Positions 14,250 through 23,701 are shown, counted from the first letter of the stretch. The stretch is DNA of 29,934 nucleotides from a virus (IMGVR_UViG_2802429225_000009:1-29934), one strand, 5' to 3'. A program made the numbers and translations. The notes: generated by a model not told the origin, from the letters alone.

Positions 14250-15146
14250 ATGACGAAGCAGAAAACAGACTGGGTTGTGGTTGCCACATCAGGCCCCACC
14301 ATCGACGGTCGGGAAATTGAACCGAAGTGGCTGACGGATGCCGCCGAGGTTTACAACCCGGACGAGCGAGCCGCCATGCTCTGGCCATATCACGCCGATT
14401 CCGGATGGCGTGCCTTCACCAATAACTACGGCATTGTTGATGCCCTGAAAGTCGAAAAATTTGGTGAAAAGGTGCAGCTTAAAGCACGCCTGATCCCAAA
14501 TCGCTTCCTGATTGAAGCCAATAAGGCCGGGCAGAAACTTTTTACCTCCATTGAAGTGCGGGAAAACTATCTGGGCACGGGCAAATTCTTTGTGTCCGGT
14601 ATCGCCGTGACGGATACCCCAGCCAGCATTAACACTACACGCCTGCAGTTTTCCATGGGGGAAGCCATCCATATGGGCAACGCAGAGGCGCTGAATTTTA
14701 CGCTGCAGCCTGATGATGAGCAGGCCAAACGCAACTTCTTCTCCCGCTTCTTCTCATCTGACAATCACCAACAGGGAATTTACCAAGCCATGAACGAAGA
14801 ACAGTTCAGCCAGTTAATGGGTGCCATTAATAAAACCAGTGAACGCCTGGACGAGCTGGAAAAAAACGTCGCGCAGTTCAGCGCGAAGGATGCCTCGAAA
14901 GATACCGGTGATAACAAGCCGGAAGGCAGCACCGGCGTTCAGGGGCAGGACAACGCAGAACAGAACAACAAGGACGACAAAACCTTCACGCTGACCACCG
15001 AGCAGGGCGAAAAGCTGTTCTCCACAGTGAACGCCATCGCGGAGAAGGTTACCAGTATGGAAACCGCATTTGCTGAACTCAGCAAGGACGCCACGAAGCT
15101 GCCGGGCAACAATCCGGCCGGTGGCGAAACTTTTAACCTGGTGTAA
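14250..15146 (+). CDS. O: Capsid scaffolding protein, P2 gpO-like
   Basis: 298 aa. First gene of the rightward late operon. Acidic, low-complexity C-terminal half. Position and size match P2 O. Confidence 0.8.
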   Translation: MTKQKTDWVVVATSGPTIDGREIEPKWLTDAAEVYNPDERAAMLWPYHADSGWRAFTNNYGIVDALKVEKFGEKVQLKARLIPNRFLIEANKAGQKLFTSIEVRENYLGTGKFFVSGIAVTDTPASINTTRLQFSMGEAIHMGNAEALNFTLQPDDEQAKRNFFSRFFSSDNHQQGIYQAMNEEQFSQLMGAINKTSERLDELEKNVAQFSAKDASKDTGDNKPEGSTGVQGQDNAEQNNKDDKTFTLTTEQGEKLFSTVNAIAEKVTSMETAFAELSKDATKLPGNNPAGGETFNLV

Positions 15147-15160
15147 CCGGAGAGAACGCA

Positions 15161-16174
15161 ATGAACATGACACCAGAAGCACAAAAGCTGGTTAATCAGT
15201 ACATCAGCGAACTGCAAAAAACATTCAGTGACTGCGGGAAATCAAGCGATCGTTTCTTTTCGCTGACCGAGCCACGCAGTATTGCTCTGCGTAAAGCCCT
15301 GCTGGAAAGCACGGAGTTTCTGAGTTTCATCACCTGCATGGACGTTCCGCACCCGCAGGGGCAGGTCGTCGCCGTGGGCGAATCCACACTGCGCACCGGT
15401 CGCGTGAAAAGCGGTCGTTTCGCTAAAGGTTCGGGCATCAAAGGCAACGAATTTAAACTCGTTGAAACTGATTCCTGCTGCGTGATCACCTGGGAACAAC
15501 TCGCCATCTGGGCGAATGCCGGCAGCCCGCAGGAATTTTTCAACCTGATGAACTCCGCCGCCGTCACCAACTTTGCGCTGGATATGCTGCGCATTGGCTT
15601 TAACGGTAAAACAGCAGCGGAAAACTCTGACCCGGAAAGTCACCCGAACGGCGAAGACGTCAACATCGGCTGGCATGAAATCGCCAAAAAGTGGGGAGAA
15701 CAGCCCGGCAATACCTCCCGTATTCTGACAGACGCCGTTACCCTGGGCGAAGGCGGCGATTATGTCGGTCTTGATGCCATGGCCTCAGACCTGATCCGCA
15801 CTTACATCCCGGCACAGTATCACAACGACCCACGACTTACCGTACTGGTCGGCGCAGACCTTGTGGCTGCTGAAGAACTACGCCTCTACAACAAAGAGGA
15901 TAAGCCTACCGAAAAAGTGGCCGCACAGTTGCTGACAAAGAACATTGCAGGCCGCAAGGCCATCATTCCGCCGTTTATGCCGGGCAAACGTATGGTGGTG
16001 ACCATGCTGCCAAACCTGCAGATCCTGACGCTGAAAGGCTCCCGCCGCCGCAAGGCAGAAGATGTGGGCGATCGCAAACAGTTCGAAAACTCATACTGGC
16101 GTTACGAGGGGTACGCCCTGGGCGATCCGGATTTATATGCTGCCGTAGATGAGTCTGCGGTCACCATCGCCTGA
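15161..16174 (+). CDS. N: Major capsid protein, P2 gpN-like
   Basis: 337 aa, immediately after the scaffold gene. Size and synteny as P2 N. Confidence 0.85.
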   Translation: MNMTPEAQKLVNQYISELQKTFSDCGKSSDRFFSLTEPRSIALRKALLESTEFLSFITCMDVPHPQGQVVAVGESTLRTGRVKSGRFAKGSGIKGNEFKLVETDSCCVITWEQLAIWANAGSPQEFFNLMNSAAVTNFALDMLRIGFNGKTAAENSDPESHPNGEDVNIGWHEIAKKWGEQPGNTSRILTDAVTLGEGGDYVGLDAMASDLIRTYIPAQYHNDPRLTVLVGADLVAAEELRLYNKEDKPTEKVAAQLLTKNIAGRKAIIPPFMPGKRMVVTMLPNLQILTLKGSRRRKAEDVGDRKQFENSYWRYEGYALGDPDLYAAVDESAVTIA

Positions 16175-16191
16175 TAAACGGAGCGCACGGT

Positions 16192-16902
16192 ATGCCAACG
16201 CCAATGCAGCGACAACGTGCCCGACAGATGGATGAGCGCCGTGCGGCGCTCATGACCAGAACGGACGGGAGCGCCATCAGCACAGAGAGTCAGCACATTA
16301 AGCTGCTGGCACTGGATAACGACATCAGACAACTGCACAACATGGAGCTGCTGTCTGACAAGCTGGAATTCAAACGGAACACGCTGCTGCCCCGCTGGCT
16401 GCCACACGCACAGGCTTATCTGGAGGGGGAACGCGTCTATCAGAATCCCATTCTGGTGTACTGCATCATCTGGCTGTTCGATACCGGGCAGTTTGAGATG
16501 GCGCTGCGGTGGGCTGACATTGCCATTGAGCAGGGGCAAAAGACGCCGGAGAACTTCAAAAGCGAGCTGCCAACGTTTGTGGCCCATTTCATTCTTGAAT
16601 GGGCAGAAACCGAAGCTGAACGTGGGAACAGTATCGCGCCATATTTTCAGCAGGTGTTTGAAAAAATCCGTGACAAATGGCGCGTGAATGAACGCCTTGC
16701 TGCCCGCTACTGGCGCTTTGCAGGCGTCCTGCTGCTGCGCGGCGATGACGGTAAACCGCTGGCCAGTGCAATTAACGATCCGGAGAGACTGCAACAGGCC
16801 GACCAGTGTCTGGAACGGGCTGCCTGGCTGCATCCAAAAATTCAGGTGAAAACCCTGCGCCAGCGCATTGCCGCAAGACTGCGCGCGTTGCAGGGCACGT
16901 AA
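16192..16902 (+). CDS. M: Terminase small (endonuclease/DNA-recognition) subunit, P2 gpM-like
   Basis: 236 aa, between the major capsid and head-completion genes as in P2. Confidence 0.8.
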   Translation: MPTPMQRQRARQMDERRAALMTRTDGSAISTESQHIKLLALDNDIRQLHNMELLSDKLEFKRNTLLPRWLPHAQAYLEGERVYQNPILVYCIIWLFDTGQFEMALRWADIAIEQGQKTPENFKSELPTFVAHFILEWAETEAERGNSIAPYFQQVFEKIRDKWRVNERLAARYWRFAGVLLLRGDDGKPLASAINDPERLQQADQCLERAAWLHPKIQVKTLRQRIAARLRALQGT

Positions 16903-17000
16903 ACGACTCCCAACAACCGGGCGGGCGCGGTGGAGGTGTGCCGGCAAAAGCCATCAGCACACTGCGGAAACCGGTCAGCCCGCCTTTCCCCGGAGTGAGC

Positions 17001-17495
17001 ATGTTTGACGGGAAAAGCATTCACTATCAGCAGGCCATTATTCAGAACGATGGATTCTGGCCGGATATTGATGCCGGCGATTTTGAAAAGAGCCGCAGCA
17101 TCCCCGCCGTCACGTCACACGAAACGGTGCTGACGGCACTGCTTTGCGCGGTAACAGAGATTAACACTGAACTGGCTGCACGCCGTGAATACTGGCAGGA
17201 ACAGGGCCACATCCGGGCCGCCGATATTCCGGGTTACACCGTGTTGCAACCAGAGCCGCGCAATACGGATGCACAACCTGAACGGATGCAGAACCACATT
17301 ACAGCACTGTACACCAAGGCTGTGTATGCCCGCGCAAAGGCCGATCTTTTGCCGGAATCTGCCAGCGTGGGGCGGCGCGAGGCGCAGCCATCATCAGAAG
17401 CCAGCGAAAGCCGCCGGACGTTGCTGGCTGAAGCGGCCATGGCGGTGCGGGCGCTGCTGGGCCGACCGCGTGCATCCATCGCGCTGATTGATTAA
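17001..17495 (+). CDS. L: Head completion/stabilisation protein, P2 gpL-like
   Basis: Start re-set to ATG 17001 (MFDGKSIHYQQAIIQNDGFWPDIDAGDF...), GGAG 7 nt upstream. 164 aa, close to P2 L (169 aa), with a matching FxPDID motif. The track ORF from 16806 overlaps the end of M. Confidence 0.8.
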   Translation: MFDGKSIHYQQAIIQNDGFWPDIDAGDFEKSRSIPAVTSHETVLTALLCAVTEINTELAARREYWQEQGHIRAADIPGYTVLQPEPRNTDAQPERMQNHITALYTKAVYARAKADLLPESASVGRREAQPSSEASESRRTLLAEAAMAVRALLGRPRASIALID

Positions 17496-17504
17496 GGAAA
17501 TGGT

Positions 17505-17978
17505 ATGACGCAACTCGCCAGCCTGACGGCATTCATTGAAAACAATCTGCCGGCACGCGCACGCATTCCGTTCACCAGTGACATGGACGACATCACGCTC
17601 GTTCCGTTTACGAAGTCGCTGGGGCACGGGCAGTTATGTACGCAGGTCCGAAAATATACGGCTTTTCTGCGATGGGACGCATGGCCCTATCGTCAGCTCA
17701 ATCCGGATTTGGTGTTTTCTCTGGTTGAAGCCTGGCTGGCAGACAACGGCGGCGACCTGCGCCAGCGCCTGGCACCGGATGCGCCAGCCGTTGACGTCGA
17801 AGTGGATGATGAAAATGAAGTGGCATGGCTGGAAATCAGTCTGCCGCTGGTTGATCCCATCACCCTGGTTGAGGACGAAAACGGCCCCATCCCCAGAGGC
17901 GGGAAACGTTACCAGCTGGAAAAGCCTGAAATCTGGGTGGCTCAGGCGCATCAGCTTCACTGTCAGGTGATGCCATGA
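17505..17978 (+). CDS. Putative tail completion protein (gpR-like)
   Basis: 157 aa, similar in size to P2 R, directly after L. Identity is by position and size only. Confidence 0.45.
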   Translation: MTQLASLTAFIENNLPARARIPFTSDMDDITLVPFTKSLGHGQLCTQVRKYTAFLRWDAWPYRQLNPDLVFSLVEAWLADNGGDLRQRLAPDAPAVDVEVDDENEVAWLEISLPLVDPITLVEDENGPIPRGGKRYQLEKPEIWVAQAHQLHCQVMP

Positions 17979-18688
17979 CGCGCCCAGTGATTAACGAGTC
18001 ACAACTCCGGCAGGTTCGTCGCGCCATCAGAGAGGCAGAACTTCCGCCGGCAAAGGCCAGAAAGCTGCTGGTTCGCATTGCGAAATACGGCCTGATACCG
18101 GCTGCACGACGCAATGTGAAAGCACAGCGAACACCGGAGGGGGCAGCCTGGGCACCACGAAAAAGACCGGATAAAGCCAGCGGCAGGTATAAAAACAAAA
18201 TGCTGCTGGGACTGCCGAAACTGCTGGCCATCAGGGTTGACGGCAGCGGGAAAAGTGTCCGCCTTTTCTTCAAAAAAGGGGCTTACAACACCGGCTCTCA
18301 TGGTGGGGCGGTCGCGTGGGTGCAACAGCACGGCGCAACCATCAAAGGCCGCGCCACAAAGCGCCGGGACAGCGAAGCCATGCGCACCCGTCCCGCCACA
18401 CGACGGCAGGCAGAACGCCTTCTTTCTCTGGGCTTTCGCGCCCCCGTCGGCGCAGTCAGCAAAAAGACCGGGCGCAGGGGGCGCAGAAAACCTTCCCTGA
18501 AATGGATTATGGAAAACATGAGTATGGCGCAGGCCGGACTGGTGATCAGCATTCTGAAAGGCGAGCAGAAAAAACGTGTATGGGAAATCAAAATCCCCTC
18601 CCGCGCATTTCTGGGAGCCAGCGATGCTGAATTTGCCCGCATTCTGGAAGCGCAGCTGCGTAGCCTGCATTACGGCGGCACGAGATAA
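17975..18688 (+). CDS. Putative virion morphogenesis / tail completion protein (gpS-like) with a basic C-terminal extension
   Basis: 237 aa, start overlapping the previous stop. Contains a WAPRKRP-type segment I associate with the gpS family. The Arg/Lys-rich C-terminal half is longer than P2 S (~150 aa). Confidence 0.5.
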   Translation: MTRPVINESQLRQVRRAIREAELPPAKARKLLVRIAKYGLIPAARRNVKAQRTPEGAAWAPRKRPDKASGRYKNKMLLGLPKLLAIRVDGSGKSVRLFFKKGAYNTGSHGGAVAWVQQHGATIKGRATKRRDSEAMRTRPATRRQAERLLSLGFRAPVGAVSKKTGRRGRRKPSLKWIMENMSMAQAGLVISILKGEQKKRVWEIKIPSRAFLGASDAEFARILEAQLRSLHYGGTR

Positions 18689-18707
18689 CAAAATCAGGAG
18701 ACAAACC

Positions 18708-19856
18708 ATGACATGGCCATCTGTCACGATTGAACAGTACAACACATTCAGCAGTTCACCGGACGGCGTGGAAAATACGCTGCTGTTTGTGGGCAATGCA
18801 CAAAACAACAAAGGTGAGGTTCTGCCGGTTAATGCCAACAGCGATCTGGATGAGCTACTGGGAAAGAACGCCAGCCCGCTGAAGAACTTCCTTCAGTCTG
18901 CACTGACCAATGCCGGACAGAATGCCTTTTTCTATGTTGCCGTTCTGCCGGAAGCCGGCAAAGGCAAAGAAGCAACGCCAGCCTGCCAGGTATGGCAGAA
19001 CGCCATACTGGCGGCTCAGGAAACTGTTTCAGTTGAAGGCGTGGTGATCACCGAGCCGGTCAGCACGAAGGATGACATCAACGCCATACAGGCGTTACGT
19101 CAGACCATCATCAATAAATATCAGCGCCGCATCTGGTTCATCCTGACCATCGCCGCCAACGACAACAGTAAAACCTGGGCGGAATACGTTGCCGAACTGA
19201 CCGCACTACAGAAAGGCATTGCAGCCCCGCAGGTCATGCTGGTTCCGGAGATTTTTGGATTTGAACCGGGCGTTCTTGCCGGTCGCCTGTGTAACAGCGC
19301 CGTCACCATTGCTGACAGTCCGGCACGTGTGGCAACCGGGCCCCTGTCCGCACTGAAAACCACAGAACGCCCGAAAGACAGCACAGGGCAGGCAATTGAT
19401 CTCGACACTCTGCAGGCGCTGGCAACCGCCCGCTACAGCGTGCCCATGTGGTATGCCGACTATGACGGCCTTTACTGGGCTGACGGTGTAACACTTGAGG
19501 TGGAAGGCGGGGACTACAACGTCATTGAGCATGTCCGCATTGCTGATAAGGTGGCGCGCCGCGTGCGGCTGATGGCCATCCCCAAGATTGCCGACCGCTC
19601 GCTGAACAGCACGCCGGGCAGCATTGCCGCACATGAAACGCTGTTTGCCCGCCCACTGCGTGCCATGGCGAAATCCATGCAAATTAACGGCATCACGTTT
19701 CCGGGCGAAGTGAAATCGCCCCGGAAAGGCGACGTGGTTATCACCTGGCAGGACGAAAAGACGGTCAGCATCAGCATTGTCGTCCGCCCTTACGCCTGCC
19801 CTAAAACCATCAAAGTGGGCATTCAGCTGGATAAATCTCTGGAGGAAAACGCATGA
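18708..19856 (+). CDS. Putative contractile tail sheath protein (not obviously P2 FI-like)
   Basis: Start re-set to ATG 18708 (MTWPSVTIEQYNTF...). 382 aa, followed directly by a ~150-aa gene and then chaperone and tape-measure genes, the canonical sheath-tube-chaperone-TMP order. Function inferred from synteny and size. Confidence 0.5.
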   Translation: MTWPSVTIEQYNTFSSSPDGVENTLLFVGNAQNNKGEVLPVNANSDLDELLGKNASPLKNFLQSALTNAGQNAFFYVAVLPEAGKGKEATPACQVWQNAILAAQETVSVEGVVITEPVSTKDDINAIQALRQTIINKYQRRIWFILTIAANDNSKTWAEYVAELTALQKGIAAPQVMLVPEIFGFEPGVLAGRLCNSAVTIADSPARVATGPLSALKTTERPKDSTGQAIDLDTLQALATARYSVPMWYADYDGLYWADGVTLEVEGGDYNVIEHVRIADKVARRVRLMAIPKIADRSLNSTPGSIAAHETLFARPLRAMAKSMQINGITFPGEVKSPRKGDVVITWQDEKTVSISIVVRPYACPKTIKVGIQLDKSLEENA

Positions 19857-20308
19857 CGACCCGCATTAACGGCATGGCGTTTGACACTTTTATCGGTGGA
19901 ACGGATATCCATGTGAAAAGCATCTCACTGGACATCAGCGATGAAAGCGCCGTTGCCAAAACCCGTGGCATCCCTGACGGCAAACTGCGCGGCCCTGTCA
20001 GTGCCGAAGGTGAAATCGAAATGAGTACCCGCAGCTTTAACCAGCTCGGGGAAGTGGCTGCTCAGGAGGGATCGTGGCGTGACCTGCCGCCAATGGATTT
20101 TGTGTTTTACGCCAACACGGGAACCGAAGAAATCCGCGTTGAAGCCTTCGGTTGTGAGCTGATGCTTTCCGGCCTGTTAAGCATTGACACCGAGAGCGCA
20201 GATCTGACCACGCACAAAATCAAGTACGTGGTGGCAAGCCCTGACTTTGTGCGTATCAACGGCGTGCCCGTTCTCTCAGAGAACGACGTGCGCGGACTGA
20301 TGGGGTGA
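19853..20308 (+). CDS. Putative tail tube protein
   Basis: 151 aa, ATGA-coupled to the putative sheath gene. Function inferred from synteny and size. Confidence 0.45.
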   Translation: MTTRINGMAFDTFIGGTDIHVKSISLDISDESAVAKTRGIPDGKLRGPVSAEGEIEMSTRSFNQLGEVAAQEGSWRDLPPMDFVFYANTGTEEIRVEAFGCELMLSGLLSIDTESADLTTHKIKYVVASPDFVRINGVPVLSENDVRGLMG

Positions 20309-20311
20309 ACC

Positions 20312-20608
20312 ATGCAGGAGCATGAGCGCACCATTATCACTCTGGGTATTCTGGGCGGAATCGCTGCCGCAAGTCGGGTGCTGGCTGGCGCAGAGCCGAT
20401 TACGTTGCGGTTGTTTGTGGGCCGAACCCTGCTGGGGAGCGCGCTGGGTGTTTCTGCCGCTGCCCTGCTGGTTCGCTACCCGAACCTTGACCCACTGGCC
20501 ATTGCCGGCGCAGGCACCGCAATGGGCGTTGCCGGTTACCAGATTGTTGAAATCTTCCTGCGTCATATGCGCCGGAAGCTGGGCGAGAAAGAGAACAAAG
20601 AGGAGTAA
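20312..20608 (+). CDS. Putative holin (small membrane protein with charged C-terminus)
   Basis: 98 aa. Two or three hydrophobic helices (IITLGILGGIAAASRVLAG; LLGSALGVSAAALLV; AIAGAGTAMGVAGYQIV) followed by a charged tail (RRKLGEKENKEE). Located just upstream of the peptidase gene. Confidence 0.5.
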   Translation: MQEHERTIITLGILGGIAAASRVLAGAEPITLRLFVGRTLLGSALGVSAAALLVRYPNLDPLAIAGAGTAMGVAGYQIVEIFLRHMRRKLGEKENKEE

Positions 20609-20613
20609 CAGCA

Positions 20614-20715
20614 ATGCTGTCCCGCAGGGAACAAAAAGCTGCCGCCATTGCCTGGAAAATTATCCGGGCACTGTGGTACTGGCTGCGCAAACCTCAGCAA
20701 CCTCATAAGGAGTAA
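20614..20715 (+). CDS. Possible 33-aa amphipathic peptide between the holin and endolysin genes
   Basis: ATG at 20614 with AGGAG 8 nt upstream. Translation MLSRREQKAAAIAWKIIRALWYWLRKPQQPHKE. Below the track cutoff. Confidence 0.25.
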   Translation: MLSRREQKAAAIAWKIIRALWYWLRKPQQPHKE

Positions 20716-20717
20716 AA

Positions 20718-21059
20718 ATGAAACTCTCCGATAAGCAACAACAATTTACCGTCATGATCGGAAAACTCATCCAGTTTGCCCATCAGCGCGGTTATGGCCT
20801 GACGTTCGGTGAGGCGTACCGCACGCCAGAACAGGCAAAACTCAACGCACAAAAGGGATCCGGCATTGCCAACAGCCTGCACTGCCAGCGGCTGGCCGTG
20901 GATTTTAATCTGTTTATTAACGGTGAATATCAGACCCGCACAGAGGCCTACCGTGAGCTGGGCGAGTACTGGGAATCCCTTGGTGGCGCATGGGGCGGTC
21001 GTTTTAAAAACCGACCGGATGGCAATCATTTCAGCCTTGAGCACGACGGCGTGCGCTGA
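20718..21059 (+). CDS. Peptidase M15-type endolysin (zinc D,D- or L,D-peptidase fold)
   Basis: 113 aa. Zinc-ligand pattern typical of small M15/VanY-like phage lysins: H...D in SLHCQRLAVDFNLF and a C-terminal H-x-H (NHFSLEH). Confidence 0.7.
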   Translation: MKLSDKQQQFTVMIGKLIQFAHQRGYGLTFGEAYRTPEQAKLNAQKGSGIANSLHCQRLAVDFNLFINGEYQTRTEAYRELGEYWESLGGAWGGRFKNRPDGNHFSLEHDGVR

Positions 21060-21065
21060 TTTTAC

Positions 21066-21115
21066 GCTTAATAAGCCTTCCTGCAGGCTTATTAAGCCCT
21101 CTTATTCTTGACTTT
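21066..21115 (+). terminator. Hairpin with T-rich tail inside the late operon (candidate attenuator)
   Basis: Perfect 12-bp stem GCTTAATAAGCC (21066-21077) / GGCTTATTAAGC (21086-21097) with an 8-nt loop, followed by CCTCTTATTCTTGACTTT. The T-tract is interrupted, so termination is probably partial. Confidence 0.4.
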
Positions 21116-21123
21116 AAAAGGAA

Positions 21124-21417
21124 ATGATGATGAACGATAAAAACACACAGACTACCGCAGAGAACACCATCACTTTACAGGTCGGCGAGCATGAACTGAC
21201 GTTTATCCCGACCGTAAAAGCCTACAACGACCTGCAGAACGACTTCATGCCGGATAACAAAATCGCGCCGCTGAAAAACTACCTGCGCCGTATCGTGATT
21301 AAAGAGCACCGCGATCTGCTGAACCAGTTGCTGGAAAAACCAGGAATGCCGGCCAGCCTGGCAACAGCCGTGAATAACGAGTTTGTGCCGGAAGTGGAAA
21401 TCACCGTAAAAAAATAA
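21124..21417 (+). CDS. Tail assembly chaperone (gpE/gpG-like), zero-frame product
   Basis: 97-aa acidic protein immediately upstream of the tape-measure gene. Ends in a poly-A slippery heptamer. Confidence 0.6.
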   Translation: MMMNDKNTQTTAENTITLQVGEHELTFIPTVKAYNDLQNDFMPDNKIAPLKNYLRRIVIKEHRDLLNQLLEKPGMPASLATAVNNEFVPEVEITVKK

Positions 21418-21605
21418 AAAGCCATCTGGGGGCCATTGATCGCAATGACCTGACCCGGATGCTGATTCTGCGCCGCCACTGGCTGCCCGGCGAGGATGAC
21501 TCGCCGCAGTCACTGGCTGCCGCCGTCTGGCTGGATAACCACTACTGGGAAAATATGAGCATCGCCGTCAATAACGGCATTATCCGTGCTTTTAAGGGAT
21601 CGTAA
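21124..21605 (+). CDS. Tail assembly chaperone, predicted -1 frameshift fusion product
   Basis: Slippery heptamer A_AAA_AAA at 21408-21414, just before the zero-frame stop (21415-21417). The -1 frame is open from there to a stop at 21603-21605 that overlaps the tape-measure ATG (extension ...IKSHLGAIDRNDLTRMLILRRHWLPGEDD...AFKGS). Confidence 0.45.
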
Positions 21606-23701
21606 TGTCACAACAGCGCCTTGAATTACTTCTTGAACTGACAGATCGCCTGACAAGGCCGTTGCGTGCAGCCGGGCGACAGGTTCAGGGATTTGCTGCA
21701 ACAAGTCGGGGAGCCTTTCGGGACATTGCTACCGGAGGCGCTGCGCTCTGGGGAGTGGGTGCAGCCATTCAGGGGGCACTGATGCCAGCCATTGAAATGG
21801 ACAGGGCGCTCGGTGAGGTGAAATCACTGGGCGTCGCAGAGTCCGGATTGCGTAAACTCAGCCGCGCCGCCGTTGATTTCACTATGGAATACGGCGGGGC
21901 TGCGCAGGATTTTGTGCGTGCTTCTTACGACATCCAGTCAGCCATTGCCGGGTTAACTGACGATGAGCTGTCCCGCTTCACCACCGCATCAGCAACGGTG
22001 GCAGCAGCAACCAAATCCAGCAGCCAGACCATTACCGCCTACATGGGCACCATGTACGGCATCTTTAAAGACCAGGCTGATGCCATGGGAAAAAGTAAAT
22101 GGGTGGAGCAGGTCGCCGGGCAAACCGCCACCGCCGTGCAAATGTTTAAAACAACCGGCGATAACATGTCAGCGGCGTTCACCACGCTGGGGGCTAGTGC
22201 AAAAGCGGCCGGTATTGATGCGGCTGAACAGTTCGCCGTGCTGGGACAACTACAGGCCACCATGAGTGGCAGCGAGGCCGGGACAAAATACAAGGCATTT
22301 CTTGCCGCAGTAGGTAGCGCCCAGAAAAAGCTGGGGCTTAATTTCGTGAATAAAGACGGCACCATGAAAAGTGTTGTCGAGATCATGAAACTTATCAGGG
22401 GTAAATTTGGTGATCTGTCAAAAGTGGCTGATTCCGATTTGCTAAAAAGCGCCTTTGGCTCCGATGAAGCTGTGGCCATGATTAAATTACTCAATGCGGA
22501 CATTGGCGGACTTGAAAAGAATATCGCCACGCTGGGCAATATCAAAGGTATGGATAAGGCTGTCGAAATGGCGCAGGCCATGGCTGATCCATGGGAACAG
22601 GCCGCTGCAATTATTAACGGCATTCGCATCGAAATTGGCACGCAGTTGTTGCCTGTTCTGTACCCGTTTATCCAGAAAAGCAACGAAGGCGGTAAATCCT
22701 TTGTTGCCTGGTTACGCCTGTATCCAAACATCACTCGCGCAATCGGCTTATTAAGCGCGGCACTTATTGGTGTTGCGGCGGTTGGCGCAACGGTCAATGT
22801 CGTAATGGGGGTTGCGAAATTTATCTGGGTGGGATTACGCATGGTCTGGATGGCCGTCATCGCCCCACTGAAATTAATCGTTTTTCTGTATCGCACAATG
22901 AGAGTGGTTATGCTTGCGTTCTGTGCTGCCGCCCGCATGGTAAGAGCAATATATCTGGCAATAAACATCGCCATGGGAGTGATGAATATTCGCGCCAGAG
23001 CACAACTGCTATTGATGGGCCTACAACGTGCCGGAATGCTCCTGCAGGCAGCAGCATTATCAGCCGTTTCTGTTGCCATGGGGATTTATTCCGCAGTCAC
23101 CAGCGGAGCCGCAATTGCAACACAGTTACTTTTCAGCCCCATCACATTAATCATCCTGGCACTGGCTGCGCTGGGTGTGGGCATTTATTTCCTGATTACC
23201 CGCTGGGATGAAATCAAAGCTGCACTGATGGATACCGCTGCATTTCAGTGGGTTGCCGGCATCATTAACAGCATGGGGGCGTGGTTCGGCAATGCATGGA
23301 GTGCAATCAGGGATGGCTGGAATGCACTGGTTAACTATTTTTCCACCCATTCACCACTGGATGCCCTGAAGGATCTCGCGGGCGGCATACTGAATATTTT
23401 CAGCAACCTCTGGGAACTGGTGAAACAGTCCTTCAGTGATTCATGGGGCTGGATTGTGGACAAACTCAACATGATCCCCGGCGTTAACATCGGCACATCA
23501 GAAAGCACAGGAAGTGGCGAAGGCTCCGTATTAACCGGCGGCAAAGCCATCAGTGCGGGACCGGGCGGCATTGCGGCAGAGATGCAGAACAACAGCGAAA
23601 ACCAGACCACCATCGACAACTCCCGTCGTGTGGTCAACGTCAATGTGCAGGATCCATCCCCTGCCCGTCTTAACGAGTGGATGGAGCTGCATGCATACTG
23701 A
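21605..23701 (+). CDS. Tail tape measure protein
   Basis: 698 aa. Alpha-helical, Ala/Gly-rich, with a central run of hydrophobic segments. Follows the chaperone frameshift site. Confidence 0.85.
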   Translation: MSQQRLELLLELTDRLTRPLRAAGRQVQGFAATSRGAFRDIATGGAALWGVGAAIQGALMPAIEMDRALGEVKSLGVAESGLRKLSRAAVDFTMEYGGAAQDFVRASYDIQSAIAGLTDDELSRFTTASATVAAATKSSSQTITAYMGTMYGIFKDQADAMGKSKWVEQVAGQTATAVQMFKTTGDNMSAAFTTLGASAKAAGIDAAEQFAVLGQLQATMSGSEAGTKYKAFLAAVGSAQKKLGLNFVNKDGTMKSVVEIMKLIRGKFGDLSKVADSDLLKSAFGSDEAVAMIKLLNADIGGLEKNIATLGNIKGMDKAVEMAQAMADPWEQAAAIINGIRIEIGTQLLPVLYPFIQKSNEGGKSFVAWLRLYPNITRAIGLLSAALIGVAAVGATVNVVMGVAKFIWVGLRMVWMAVIAPLKLIVFLYRTMRVVMLAFCAAARMVRAIYLAINIAMGVMNIRARAQLLLMGLQRAGMLLQAAALSAVSVAMGIYSAVTSGAAIATQLLFSPITLIILALAALGVGIYFLITRWDEIKAALMDTAAFQWVAGIINSMGAWFGNAWSAIRDGWNALVNYFSTHSPLDALKDLAGGILNIFSNLWELVKQSFSDSWGWIVDKLNMIPGVNIGTSESTGSGEGSVLTGGKAISAGPGGIAAEMQNNSENQTTIDNSRRVVNVNVQDPSPARLNEWMELHAY

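Noticed and set aside
16102-16947. 281-aa minus-strand ORF
   Set aside because: Antisense to the small terminase gene. Cys/Arg/Gln-rich translation typical of a spurious frame.
17999-18838. 279-aa minus-strand ORF
   Set aside because: Antisense to the gpS-like gene and the start of the sheath gene within a tightly packed plus-strand operon.
22039-23079. 346-aa minus-strand ORF
   Set aside because: Antisense to the tape-measure gene. Ala/Ser-rich mirror image of the TMP codons.
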